DNA of 64,000 bases from Camelus ferus (lineage: Eukaryota), in contig NC_045696.1 of assembly GCF_009834535.1 (NCBI RefSeq), positions 34,846,001-34,910,000 on the forward strand. Reading direction: 5' to 3'. Shown here piece after piece: positions 41,869-55,490 of this stretch. A model generated the notes under the pieces. It did no database searches. It had not been told where the DNA came from and was given only the letters and a program-made list of their open reading frames with translations. The position numbers and the translations under genes were made by a program. The number at the start of each line of letters is the position of its first letter. Within the stretch, counting starts at the first letter, position 1.

Positions 41869-43394
41869 TCTGAATTCTTGGAAATCACCTCAAGTTGTTT
41901 TTCACATCAGTGATTTTGTGTTATAATTTGTGTTCCTGACTGCACTTGCTGGAGCTTTAATTATATCCTTGTATTTTTCAGTTTTCTTGTATTACTATAA
42001 AAAATTAGCATCGCCAAGATATAATTTTCTATGATGCTGAGATTTTTAGATTGATTTTTTACTTTCATATGTCTTACAGAATATTATAGAACTCTTTAAA
42101 AGTATCTCTATACACTTTTACACATGGAATATTTGTCAAGATTCATGGTTATTCAATGTGACATAACATTGAAATATAAAAATCACTACTCTTATAGGCA
42201 TTGTTTGCACAGCTCTTCTTTTCTGTCTGTGCCTTGTCTTGGAGAAACTAAAGACCCTAGGATCCTGTGCTAGACACATTTCCAGCTCCATTGTTTTTGG
42301 TTTTCTCTCTTCCCTAAGGAGAGAAGTTCCATTTTCCCCTCCTCCTCTTTTTATCTTCCTTCTTCTTCCAACAATAGCTTTCTGTATTTGTGTATTTGAT
42401 AGCAGAAATGCTCCGACCATGTAACATTATAGACAAATACCTTTATAGAACATGTTTATTTTTCTAGTTGAAAGATCCTTTGGATCTCAGGTTGGGACAA
42501 ATTTGGAGAGGATTTATATGGAGTCCTATAAGTCCTATAAGTCTTTTAATCATCCACTCAGCAAATATTCCTTTTACACACGGGGAAAAAAGATTTAAAG
42601 CAGCTTGCCTGAGATTTATGACACATTTATTCCTCTTGGGGAGGGAAGCACCCCGCTCCAAACCCTTCCTCCCAGCCTGGGCGAAAAAGAAGTCAGATGA
42701 CTCAGCCTAATCTTATCAGATGGAGTTTCCTTTAAGTAAATGAATGGCATTTGCTGTGACAAATAGTATCAATGTATAGAGTGCCTTCAGCAAAATATCC
42801 CTAATTAATCATTACTTATGGTAAACAATGTATGAATTAATAGTTCGTGACTCACTAGAGAATGTCAAATAAGCTCTACAACTTTCTGGGTATAAAATAA
42901 TAACATTTCATTACTTAAATTCACCTCAGTGTGTAAAGATTGTTATTAGAGATAGTGGTAGGAAGTACCTGTCTACAAGTAGGAAGTATACCTGACATAT
43001 AACTAGAAGGTACCTCACAAAATATCTCTTGCAAGTCTCATATTATTATTCTAGAACAGAGAGCATACGTTGGATGTAGGAAGAAAAAAAACAGGAGCTT
43101 TCTGAAATGCCCAGGTTCTCTACTTTGCCTATGCCCTTGATTACCCATTTGTTTTGAAATTTCACGTAAACTTTAGGACTGGGAAAGATCTCTGATAGTT
43201 TGAATCTGACCCGACAGTCTGTTCCTTTGTGTGAGCTCTAGTGCCCGTGATCGGCTGGGCTCTCATTTGGCGCTGGAAAGGGAAGAGATGCAGCAAACCA
43301 GTTGATGTAAAGTAGTATGACCTGTCTGAATAATCATTTGCCAATAATATCTAAAATCTTAATCATATACATAACCGTTTTTCTCTAGCACCCC

Positions 43395-43533
43395 CACCAT
43401 GTAGAGTAGCATGAAAGCAGCCATAGACAATATATAAACAGATTTGTTTGTCTGTGTTCCAATAAAACTTTATTTACAAAAACATGTAGCAGAGGAGATT
43501 GGCCCCTGGTCCCTAATGTGCTGACTCCTGTTC
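43395..43533. mobile_element. MER58A-like hAT element (partial)
   Basis: gtagcatgaaagcagccatagacaata...tgtgttccaataaaactttatttacaaaaaca...tgctgactcctg. Confidence 0.8.
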
Positions 43534-44230
43534 TCGATAGAGTGGTTTGAGAAATCTTCTCTGAAGTTTCTTTACTTCAGAGACAGGATATATCATAAAG
43601 AAAATCCTTGATAGACGTTCCCCCTCCATTCACAGTATGAGACATGGTACTAGTTGTTCAGCCTTAGTTTTGAGTGTTGAGTTTTAACTTCAATAGCTTT
43701 AAAGAAAATTTGAAAGGATAAGCCTGTGGAGATTAAACAGGTATCTTTTTTCTTGCTTTTTAAAAAACTTATAAATGGCTCTAAAATTTATTTCATTAAC
43801 TTTTAAAATAATATTTTACCTATTTTTAGCTTACTATAGATGAAGAAAATGAATCATTAAGGGAAAAGATGGAAAGTTAGTTGCCTGGAGGTTCGGGAAA
43901 GAAAACAGGGGAGCATTTCATGAGAGTAGAATGGAGTTTGAAACAGGCTGGTGAGTCAGATTTTCTGTCTCCCTCTCCCTCATTTGTGCTCTCAATTAAG
44001 TTTTGCTCCTGTGCCAGCTGGATTGGCTATTTTTCTTTAAAATCAATTTTCAAGTTACTGAATTTTATGGCAATAAAGCACTATTTTCCTCTTTTTCTTC
44101 TTTTTCCTCTCATCCTAATTCTCCTCTTCCCAGTGACTCTTCTTCATATGCAATCCTATGCAACTAATCTGGGTTTCTTTGATTATATTTACACATGGAT
44201 TCTTTTTGCCCCCTTATTTTCATGTGCATC

Positions 44231-44565
44231 TTTTTTTAAATTTTTTTTTATTGAAATATAGTTGACTTACCATATTGTGCTAGTTTCTGGTGTATAGCAA
44301 AGTGATCCAGTTACATATATATATCCAGTTATATATAGATATATATAACACACACATATATATATATCTCCAGTTATATATATATCTCCATATATATATA
44401 TAAAACACACATATTTTTCATATTCTTTTCCATTATGGTTTATTACAGTATGCTGAATATAGTTCTCTGTGCTATACAGTAAGACCTTGTTCTTTACCTG
44501 TTTTATATATAGTAGTTTGTATCTGCCAATCCCAAGCTCCTAATTTATCCTTCTCCAACTCCCTA
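44231..44565 (-). mobile_element. L1 3' end (artiodactyl-type) with internal (TA)n/(CA)n expansion
   Basis: Poly-T attgaaatatagttgacttac...tttctggtgtatagcaaagtga...tcttttccattatggtttattacag...ctgtgctatacagtaagacc. Confidence 0.9.
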
Positions 44566-45634
44566 GATTCTTTTAGTTTATGTATTTACTTTTCCGTTTT
44601 ACCCATGAGAGAAATACCCTCACCTCTAAACCTTTTCAACATAATTCCTTCACTCTTTTGTACTGTATAGTGTCTAGCCATCAGTAAATGACTTGCTAAT
44701 AAATATTTAAATGAATATTTGGTTCTAGATAGGACCAATTTAGAGGGATGTGCCAAGAACGATTTTTGTTGCTTATAGAAAATGACTTTCCTAAAACTTG
44801 TGTTAATTCCTACAGTGAGGAAAATGGTGTGTCAGAATCACTTTGGGAATTTGTGCCAGGCTTACACTACAAAGTGAGAAGTGCTTGAAAAGGTAATACT
44901 GAAGTGATAGAATCTTTCACTGAAGAAGTGTTAATTGCAGTACTTTAGAATAAGAAAATGAGTTGTGATATAACCACACACTTCTCAGTCAACCAGAAAG
45001 TATAAGATGTAATAGATATTCAATAAATTGGATATGATTTTTTTAAAGGTTGAGATCATCCTGTATTATAATAGAAAAAAGTTACTGAGGCCTGTAATAT
45101 GAAGTATATTGTATTTGATACTCTTATTCATGACCACACTTTATATTAACCTTTTTCTCTTTTAGCAGTTTGCAATGAACTTAATGTCCATTAGAGAAAA
45201 AGATTTATTTATTTATTCTTTATTTTCAGTAATAATAATAACAAGTATAAAACCCATTGTTTTGAGGGAAAAAAATCTTCCCTCCCATGGAGATTTCATT
45301 TTGTACTTTAAAAATTGATCCCATTCCAAATACCTAAATATATTTGTTATAAACCTGTAACTTTGAGTGGCTTATGGCACTATCTTGGGCATGAAAAATT
45401 ATTAAAAAAGATTTACAAAAGATTATTTAGAGATTTTAAAAGATAAATAACTTTATTATTGATTAACGCCTCCAATGTGCCATCTCCCCTAGGGCTACAT
45501 CATATTCTCAAAAAATTTGAAGCTTATTAGATCCTGATTGTACTGAAGAAGATATGGAGACACAGAGAAAAGTTTATTAGTCTAATACTATAGTTTACAC
45601 AATGCTCAAGGAAAATTTTTTTAAATGTCTAGAA

Positions 45635-48600
45635 CTGTGATTTCCAATATGATGGCCATTAGCCATATGTGGCTATGGAGCACTTACAATGGAGTTAGTG
45701 CCACATTTTAAATTTAAAAATGGAAAGAAAGTGTTTTTTCAATAAATACAACGTTATAGTTTTGGTAAGACTATACTTTCTTTACCTATTGCATCATTTA
45801 AAGTCTAATAACAGCAAAAATTGGAAATACATAGATGTTCATAGTCATGAGATTGTTTAAATAAATTATGTTCTGCTTACATAGTATAATATTACACAAC
45901 ACTTAATAATGATAACCTAGTTTTATATGTATTGGTTTGAAAGACATTAATGATAAACTATGAAGTGAAAATGCAACCAACAGAAGATTGGTCTATTTTA
46001 AAAGGCATATGTGTGCACCCCAATGTTCACAGTAGCACTGTTTACAATAGCTGACACATGGAAGCAACCTAAATTTCCATCAACAGATGAATGGATAAAG
46101 AAGATGTGTTTTATATATGTGTGTGTGTGTGTATATATATATATATACAATGGAATATAACTCAGCTATAAAAAAGAATGAAATACCATTTGCAGTAACA
46201 TGGATTTACTTAGAAATTATCATATTAAGTAAAATAAGTCAGACAGAGAAAGACAAATATCATATATCACTTATATGTGGAATCTAAAAAAGAATGATAC
46301 AAGTGAACTTATTTACAAACCAGAAAAGACTTACAAACATAGAAAACAAACTATGGTTACCAAAGGGGAAAGGATTGGGGGGGGAGGGATGAATTAGGAG
46401 TTTGGTATTAACATATACACACTACTATATCTAAAACAGATAAACAACAAAAACCAATTGTATAGCACAGGTAACTATATTCAATACCTTGTAATAACCT
46501 ATAATGGAAAAGAATCTGAAAAAGAATATATACATATATATGTACATGTATAACTGAATCACTTTTCTGTACATCTGAAACTAACACAACATCATAAATC
46601 AACTATACTTCAATAAAAAATTTAAAAAAATAAAAAATATATTGTTTTATTTTAATGTGCTTGTTGGGATGTGTGTCTTATTTCCTGTATCACACATCAC
46701 TGCATCACAAATCTAGTTGACATTAATGGATTCACTCAATTTTCATGATTTTTTTTTACATGCTGATACAATATTTTAATGTTTATTTGAATATTTTATA
46801 TGGACACCACAAGCTACAGTAACACTTATGCAACTTGTATTTGGTAACTAAGTGGAAATACATATAAGAGTTATAATAAATTTAAAATATTTTAAATTTA
46901 CAAATAATTTTGGATGCGCTGTAAATTTAGAATGAAAACATACTACTGTGCAGAATGAAATGGAGATGTGGAAGGTGGTACTATGACTAAAGAAATAGAG
47001 AAAAAAAGTGGAAGAAGGTTTGTCAAAAATTTATAATGAATGTCACCAGCAATATTGCCACATCATAGCAACACAAAAAAGCTTGTCTTTTCATTGTGTT
47101 AAAAATTAAAATAATATAGTGGACTATATTAGGAAACATTTTCAGCAAATAAGTTTTCTATCAACAGTCAATGTGTCAACAATATTAGTTTCCCGAAATC
47201 AGAATTTCATATCTAACAAAACATTTTAAAATTATATTTAACAGAATTTTTTTCCTAAATCAGTATTGACACTAATAAAAAACAAACAAGCATTCTAATG
47301 ATACTTCGGGAGGTATAAATGTGAGGTGGATTTAAACTATTGGCCATTAATAGTATCGAAAGCAAAAAATAGAATTAATAAACTTTAAAACATTTAAACA
47401 TTCTTGTAATTTTAAAAAAGCAAGCAAAGATATTATGCTGTATCCTATGAGATGCTATGTGTGACATTAAAGTTTTATTGACAATTATTTTAAGGATAGA
47501 ATTTAGGATGGTTCTTTCCAAATAATCGAAAAAGAAAAATAAGACTAAGAAGATTTGTCCAGTTAACAGCAATATGAGCAGAATTTTTTTAAAGTAAATT
47601 TTAAAAAGCAGATTAATGAGAAAACATAAAATAGGATGGTGGATCTAAATTAAACATACCAGTCATTGAAAAACAAGGTATATTAAATAAATTTTCTAAT
47701 TCTAAATATTTTCGAGTTAGAATTTAATAACCTAGGAAAATGCTGTTTTCCAGTAATCTTCCTAGAAAGAAAAGGTAACAAAATTAAAGTGACAGAATCA
47801 ATATTTTAGCATTTTTATTTAGTTTTTTAAATGATTTGAATTTGTAATTTTGGCAGGTTCTAAAGTGACTTGGCTTCTTTCACAATAAATACAGTAATTT
47901 TTATATGGAGGAATGGAAAAAATTATTTCAGTTATGGAAACTTTGTTACAAAACCATGAGGAAAGACTAGAAATGACATAATGTTAAAGTGAAATATCTT
48001 CAATTAAGCCACCAAACAACGTCTCTTAGAATACAAACCCTTTCTAGAAGTAAAGAAAATCAAATTAATTTAAAACTGGAAAAATGGTAAATTCTTTTAT
48101 TTAGTTTTAGAGAAGTCATGCATTATATGAAACAGTGTCCAATCAATATTTTGGGAGCGTTTTTCCTCAGAGGACATGGAAATTAACAAAGACATGTCAT
48201 TTTGCAGCATAAAAATAGAACTTGTAGCTTTTAGTTATTTTTGAATCTTTCCCATCTGCTAAGGACGAATTTCAGCTAGATTATTGAAAAAGTAATTTCT
48301 CTCCTTATGTATGGTCCTTAAGCTAGCTATGTTAGGTCGAAATTCTAAATTCGTTGGAACTAAAACTGAGGTTTCTTTTATTGTTTCATTCCACTCTATA
48401 ATATATACTAAAAACATCTATGCTCAGTTTTCTGAAGCAATTACATAAAAATATAATGTATACAGTTGTTAAAATTATTCAATATATGTATGCAAGTTCT
48501 ATGAATCACTGCCAGTTTATGGAACCCACTGAAAGAGAGAAGAGAGAATAAATTTAATGATCTTGTGTTCTTTGCCAGTTCTTATTGGTTGTGTTGTGGA

Positions 48601-49459
48601 CGAATTCTATAAAGATCTACTGTACTGTTAATTTAAAATTTTCTTGAAACAAAAGGGATGCTTGCCAAATGTTCAATAATGTAAGACAAAAAAAGCAGTG
48701 TAATTTACATATTTTATCAGTATGACACTGCATACGAACAAGCAGAATCTGTAGCACCAAAGAAAGAAAAGGCTTATTTGTGATCTAGCAAGAGAGGTAC
48801 AAGAATTTATGTTGAAATGACAACTCTTCATAATACAAGTCAATGATGATATCTACACATCTTCCAACATGAACTAGTATGCAGACTTTAACTGTAATTG
48901 GCAGCATAGTGTAAATTGTCCTCAAAATGTAGAAGAAAATTTTGAAGAGCACTAGTACTGAGTTGACACAAGAGTTAGTAAATGTATTTGACAGTGGACA
49001 GACATAGTTTTGAAAACAGTATGCTTTTGCTCCAAAATGAAAAAAATTTAAGTTTTCTTAACTTGGATACAAATTTTAAAGCAAAATGATTTTTTGGTAA
49101 TTGATTTAGTTATTTGAAACCTTTGAAATATGTTTAGGACATCTTTTGCATATAAATGTACTTTTAAAAACTGTACATTTATTAACTTTTAATGCAGATC
49201 AAACGTATCTGATGAAAATTTAGCATCCAAATTGAGATGTGTTATAAGTGTAACAGACATACTAGATTTCAAGACAATGGCACAAAACTATAAAATAATC
49301 TCATTAATAATATTTAAGCTGATTACATGTTGAAACAATAATATTTTGGATATTTGAGGTTAATGTTAATTTTACCAGTTTATTTTTACTGTTTTAGTAT
49401 GGCTACCAGAAAATTTTAAATTACGTGTGGCTCACTTATATCTCCATTAGACAGTGGTG
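45635..49459 (+). mobile_element. Apparently full-length Charlie1-type hAT DNA transposon (decayed transposase), interrupted by L1s
   Basis: TIR-like ends CTGTGATTTCCAATA / CATTAGACAGTGGTG, with the 8-bp TSD GTCTAGAA (45627-45634) / GTCTGGAA (49460-49467). The right end is MER33-like, and a WLCCGRIL remnant of the hAT RWLSRG motif lies near 48585. Confidence 0.85.
46000..46637 (+). mobile_element. L1 ORF2 end + 3' UTR with A tail, inserted in Charlie1
   Basis: tgcaccccaatgttcacagtagcactgtttacaatagc...atggaagcaacctaaa...gaatggataaagaagatgtg...aactatacttcaataaaaaa. Confidence 0.92.
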
Positions 49460-50099
49460 GTCTGGAATACAAATAAGGCAGGATGTTGAGTGTCTTAAAA
49501 ACTACCATTTTCCCTAGGCCTAAGAGAAATATATTTGGCATATGGTTGGTAGTTAACAAATATGTTTTGGTGGGAAAAAAGTCTACTGTGTGTTCATCTC
49601 TGATAGAAATTTTACAGGATGTGTAAGCAGAACTATTTTTTCCCTCTATCTCTCTCTTTGTCTCTGCTTTTTTTTTTTTTTCGTTAAATATGATCATCAT
49701 AAAAACATCAAAAGTTAGAAAGTTTACTATCTGTCTTGTGATTACACTCTGGAGATTATTTTGTGTATTATTTCAAATGGGTCACTGCTATCATTCTATT
49801 CCCCCACCTTTTAAAAAACATAACTGGTGTCATTATACCCACCCTTTGATGTTACCTGCTCACATTATAGTTTTACAAATTTTGATTGTACAAGCAGTGC
49901 ATGCTTGTAAAACTTCAGACAATAACCAAATATATACTATAGAAATCCAACATTACATTTCCCTCTTACAAAGTAATTTTTAGACGATTTTGAGATATTG
50001 TTCCATATTTTGTTTATTCAAATGCAAAAATGTGTTGTATTTGTTTTTTTAAAAAACAAGTGGAATCATACTATACGTATATAATGAGTATATCTCTTC

Positions 50100-52130
50100 A
50101 CCATTACCTGCCTTGATACTGTAAGGATTAATCTCATTTGCTCTTTCTGTCAGTCACTAAGAAAAATCGCTTACTCTGGTCATCATCACTTCTGCCCAGC
50201 GCTCTCATGCATTGCTATCTTTAGCTCTCCTTCTTACCCCTGCCCAAACATGAAACCCCTTCCTCAGAACCCTATGGTACAGCTGGTCTTCAGCAGAATG
50301 TCCTATACCGCATGCTCAACTCTTTTCTGATCATTGCCTTTCCAGTGAGCCAACTGGTTGAAATCCATGTCTCTTCTCAGGACACTGCATCCCTCAGGTG
50401 TTTTCTTTGACAATGGCTTATACCACTTTTTTCAAAAGGGGGAGTTTCACTCCTTTAATCTCACTGATGTTTCCAAACCACTTTCCCGCTCTGATCCTTT
50501 ACTCCTTCCCTGAGGTCTCACTGTCATGTCATCAGGTGTTTCCTCAACTAACTTTTTTTTCCCCCTGCGATTATTTTCTGAACCTCCTGTCAGGTGTCAG
50601 CTTCATTTGGATCCTGGCTTACTTTTCTTCCCTTCCACACTACTCCTGTCAAAAGTCTTCTAAACCTTCTAATATTCAGAGTTCTCATTTCCTGGATTTC
50701 TTCATCTTATCTGACCCTTTCCCTCTTAAAGCCATGGTTATAATCTTGATCTTTTTACTATCAAATACTCTAGAAACTCAGTTTCAAGTGTCCTCCTCAT
50801 TTCCTTTGGTGCTCTCACTCCTACAGTATTTTGACCCTCCCAGGAATCACAATCCACTGATCTTTCAACATTTCAATGTCTTTTGCCTCCTTGACTGACG
50901 GCTTCCTAACTAGCTTGAATTTCAGAGTCCGTCATCCTAAAACTATTACATATACCCTCAAATCTCCTGCCATATCCTCATTTTGTAATTTTCTGGCAAA
51001 CCTTCAAACCTAGTTAAATTCAATTATCTAATTACTTTAGCTGTCCATTCCTGAGGTGACTCTGATTAGAGAAAAAACTCCCATGCTGACATATTTCACT
51101 TTAAACCTCAGATGAGCCTTTAATGCTGTCTTAAATCTTAGCATCATCTTTTCCACTCTCCTAGGCAACTACTTCATATCTTTTCCTCTCTTCAAAATTG
51201 CAAGACTTCCTTGAACATTCTTACTCTCAACAAATGCGCTGCTTTCTGTTTGAGTTTTCCATGCCATGACCTAACGCCTCTCCCTTTCTACACTTGATAA
51301 CATCTTCTCTTAGCTACAAAAGGATAATTATCTACCAACTGTCCCCCATACGATCAGTTCTCTCCTTTTCTGATTTATTTCTATTAGCAAGCAAAAATGA
51401 ATGTTTTTTTTATTTTCCTAACAAAGGAGACTCATTTTTCTCCAGCTCCAGCTACTATTTATTTTGCTCATTCATTTACTCATTCAGAAAAGTTGTTATG
51501 CTTGCTTTGATTAATTAATTTATTTTTAGTTCTTTCATATACACACTCCAATGAGGGGTTCATCTTTTTTTTCAGTTCTTTCATATATGCACTCCAATGA
51601 GGATTTCATCAACACTGTACCAAACTCATAACCCTTTGTGTTACTAAATACAATTCTTAATTCTCAATCTTCATTTTAGTTGAATTTTTGGCAAGATCTC
51701 ATTAATAAATGTATTAATCCATTCTCCCTGAAACACAGTCTTACTTGGATTCATGTACCACAGGCTCCTGGTTTTTCTTCCTTCTCAGTCTCATTGATTA
51801 CTTTCTTCCTCATTATTCTAATGTCTGAATACTACAGCTTCCCAAGATTCAGTCCTTCGACCTATCTCCTACCTAGTCTCATTTCTACAGAGTCGCTTTC
51901 GATACTACCTATTAGCTGATAATTCCCAAATATGTACCTTTAGTTCAGATATTACAATTCCAAACTGCCTACTAATTATCTGCAATGGTAATAATCATTT
52001 CAAAGTTAACAGATTACAAAACAAACTTTTGATATCTGATTTTACATCACTGCCTCAATCCTAGACTTGTTCCTTCTGAAGTCTTCTCCATTTCGACAAA
52101 AGGCTACTCTATTCTTCCAGATTACTTTGT
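50100..52130 (+). mobile_element. L2 LINE ORF2-region remnant
   Basis: Endonuclease-like tctcatttcctggatttcttcatc...ccatggttataatcttgatctt; ttctcaatcttcatttt; tagctgataattcccaaat. Confidence 0.65.
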
Positions 52131-52499
52131 GGAGAATGGCAACTTTATAATTTTACACTTAAATCATGAAGTATAGGTTCTTTTGAAGATTATTTCTGAT
52201 ACTCTTTTTGTAATTGTGTAAATTTTCCTATTGCTCTGTGGACTGTTACAAAATATTCAAGATGATTGATACTAAGCATTTCCTTCCCCTTAACTGTCTC
52301 AGCATCAGATCAATTAAAAGCCCTCAGGAAACTCTAAGGGACATCTATTCAAAAATTTCAAACTCAAATGTAAAGTCACAAAATTATTTCCAGGTCATTT
52401 GGGAATTTTTAAAAACAGCTTGAAAAAATATCTCCTAGATATGGGTCAGCATAAAATAGTTTTGAGAATAAGACAGTCAACTGAATTTTATGTTTAGAT

Positions 52500-54660
52500 T
52501 TAAAAAGAATTGCTGGTTAGGATGTGAAGCACCCGGACCATCCATACAGTGCTGGAGGGAAGTTAACAATCTAGTTTTGGAAAAGAACTTGGCAGTTTCT
52601 TATATATTTAAACCTACATTTATCACATATCCAGCCATCCCACCCTTAGGTATCTGCATAAGAGAAATAAAAAGGTAGGTTTACATAGAAGTTCATATAT
52701 GAATAGTTACAGTCCCTTGATTTACTTCCTCCAATTGAGAAGAGCCCAGATGCCATTTAATCAATGTATGGGTAAGCAAACTATAGTCCATCTATATTGT
52801 GAAATACTACTCAGAATATAAAAGAATGACTTATTGATTCATACAACAATACAGAAATGTCTTACATGCATTTTCCAGTCCCTACAGGCTACTATTTTAT
52901 GATTTCAGTTCGCTGACACACTGGAAAAAGCAAAACTATGGAGATGGAAAATAGACCAAGGGTTTTCAGGGGCTGAGAGACAGGGCTGTGGTTTCTACAA
53001 AGAGGAAGAATTGTAGGGATGTTGGAACTGTTCTGCATGAAACTGTGGCTTGGATACTTCATTCTATGCTTTTGTCAAAACTCTATAGAACTTTACATCA
53101 TAAAGAGTGCATTGTGCTGAATAAATTTCAAAAGAAACAAACAAAGCACCATGGCATGGAATACACTGATTATGACTAATGAATCTAACTGTATTACAAA
53201 TGAATCACATAATCATACTGAGGAGGATGGGGAACAAAGGAGCTGGCTTAAGTAACTTTGGAATTGTTTTGAATGGATACTCTCAAGTCTACTGGACGCT
53301 GCACACAAATACTGCATTCTGGTAAATTTATTTCTTACAGGGTGTGTCTTGGAGATTCTGAAATGGCTTTAACTGTATACCAAGATTAAACCAACAAGTA
53401 GATAATGAGAGCCAGGTTTTTCATGGTCTGAGAAGGAAGTTATAAACAGGAAAGGGAGAAGGCTAGAATAAACTGTTGCTGGATTGGAATAAGAGCTATT
53501 AATACGGACTCTTTGTAAAAAATTGTATATACAGAGAGAGATGGAGATAATTACAGATGTGTGCCTCTGTGGGTGTAGGTGGACATGAGTACAGACATAT
53601 ATTTTCTACCTCTGTCCACTAAAAGGATAAAAGTGGTGATATCCACCCAAGTAACAATCGGCATACCTAGCACTCAGAATGTTGTTTTTTAAATAATCTT
53701 TCTCCAGTAAAAGTACACAAGGCTCTTTGAAGACCTTGAAGGACTCCAGAACTGAGGCAGAGAAAGTACAAAATGAAACGAGCATTTTGTAGTTCCAGAA
53801 AATAAGAAAGTGCTAAAGAAGAAAAAGAAAAAAAGAGAAGATAGGGGCACAGGATCCTATATGTAAGAGCTTCCAGTGGCTAAAATTGCAACAATTTGAG
53901 CAATAGGGAAAAAAATTTATGGTCTTGGATTATACCTCAAATTAAAAAAAAAAGAATCAATTTAAGTAACTGGATAAACAACTGGGAAGTATGGGACAAC
54001 TCTTCCTGACAGACGAATTCCAATTAATAAATGTAGTTAGAATAAGGAAAGTAATAAATCATCACAACCATAGTAATAATTGCTACAGGCAAAATCCAAT
54101 GATAGATGTTAAAAATTAGGGAACAAAAGTTAAAGAGAAACAGGACATTTGCATAGTTTCAAAGTATCTCCATCTAAGTATTTAGTGATTTCTAAGAGGA
54201 AGATAATAGCTTTACAAAGAAGAATACCAACAGACACCATTTTAACCATGTGATTAAGGTTAACATGACCAGCAATACTCATGGACATTGTGTGTCTTGA
54301 AGTGATGCGCATTGCCCTTGTGGTCTTCTTCCCAATGACATGTCATGTTATCTAAATGTGAGAAAACACCAGACAAGCCCAATTTGAGAGCCGTCCTACA
54401 AAATAACTGACAAGTATCCTTGTCAAAGACAAGGAAAAACTGAAGAACTAAAGTTTGGACTGAAGAGATAGTATAATGCAATGTGGGATCCTGAAGTATA
54501 TCTTGGAGCAGAGGAAAAACGACATTAGTAGGGAAAAGGTGAACTCCAAGTAAATTCTGTAGCTTAATGGTATTGCTTTAAGGTTAATTTCATGGTTAAG
54601 ATAACTGTTCTATGATTATGTATGATATTAACATAAGAGAAAGCTGGATAAAGAGTATAC
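52500..54660 (+). mobile_element. Old L1MC/L1MD-like 3' region
   Basis: ttggaaaagaacttggcagtttctt; ccagccatcccacccttaggtatc; atggagatggaaaatagacc; ggaagataatagctttacaaagaagaatacc; ccagacaagcccaatttgag. Confidence 0.8.
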
Positions 54661-55049
54661 TCTCAAAGTAAAAACTATGTGTGCTTCTAGTCAAGACAGT
54701 ACTGCCAGGACATGTCTCCACAACCCCACTTATCACTCTAAATACATTAGAAAAATAGGTAAAATAGAAAAGGTAAAATTATAAATGATAATGCCAAGTC
54801 CCCCAAATATAAAAATCTAATCATAGATCAAAACCAGAAAAGATCGGTGGATAAGAGAGCAGAAGGCACAGGCTTACTGAACTCTGGGTCTAGAAACAGA
54901 CCTCGGTGGCTAAAATGGGATAATGAGGAGGAATAATGCTTCACATGCGCTAAGGCACTGCATTCAGTCTTAGAGAAACAAGAGATCAGAGAGAAAAGAG
55001 AGAAAGAGTTGTAGAGATGATAAGCTGAATTCTTAAACAGCAACTCCAA

Positions 55050-55490
55050 ACCTTTCCTCCGTAGTTTTTTTTACTACAAGTTGCGTAAATCAAAATATTT
55101 GAATTCTCAGCCTCCTTTAAAGTTAGATTATGACACCTTCCAGTCACTGAGATGAAAATATTAGTTTCGGGTGAGGGCTTCTTGGCCCAAACATAATCTT
55201 GTTAGAAGAAAATCCTTGGGCCATTCTTCTTATTTCTGCCTGAAAAAGTAATGTGATATCTGGAGTTGCAGCTGTTGTATTGAAACCATAAGAATGAAAG
55301 CATACATTATGGATGACAGAGCATGAAGACAGATAGAACCAGCTTCCTGGATGTCATCCTCGGGCTTCGTACCAGCACAGCCGTGGTTTCTCGCCTCTGT
55401 GCATCTTGTTATGTGAGAAAAACAACTCTTCCTTTGTTTAAGCTACTGTTTTCTTTTTTAATTACAGCAAAATGTGATTTTAACTAGATC
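55050..55490 (+). mobile_element. MaLR LTR (MLT1J/K-like)
   Basis: atgtgatatctggagttgcagctg...atggatgacagagc...catcttgttatgtgagaaaaac...tttgtttaagctactg. Confidence 0.75.

Noticed and set aside
42958..43016. Three spaced TAGGAAGTACCT-like motifs (superficially array-like)
   Set aside because: They are short, degenerate and irregular. This is mammalian DNA with no CRISPR or cas context.
50398..50898. 166-aa hydrophobic ORF (also 61158..61667, 29016..29420 and 43881..44261)
   Set aside because: The F/L/S bias comes from pyrimidine-rich repeat or low-complexity DNA, with no recognisable domain or exon structure.
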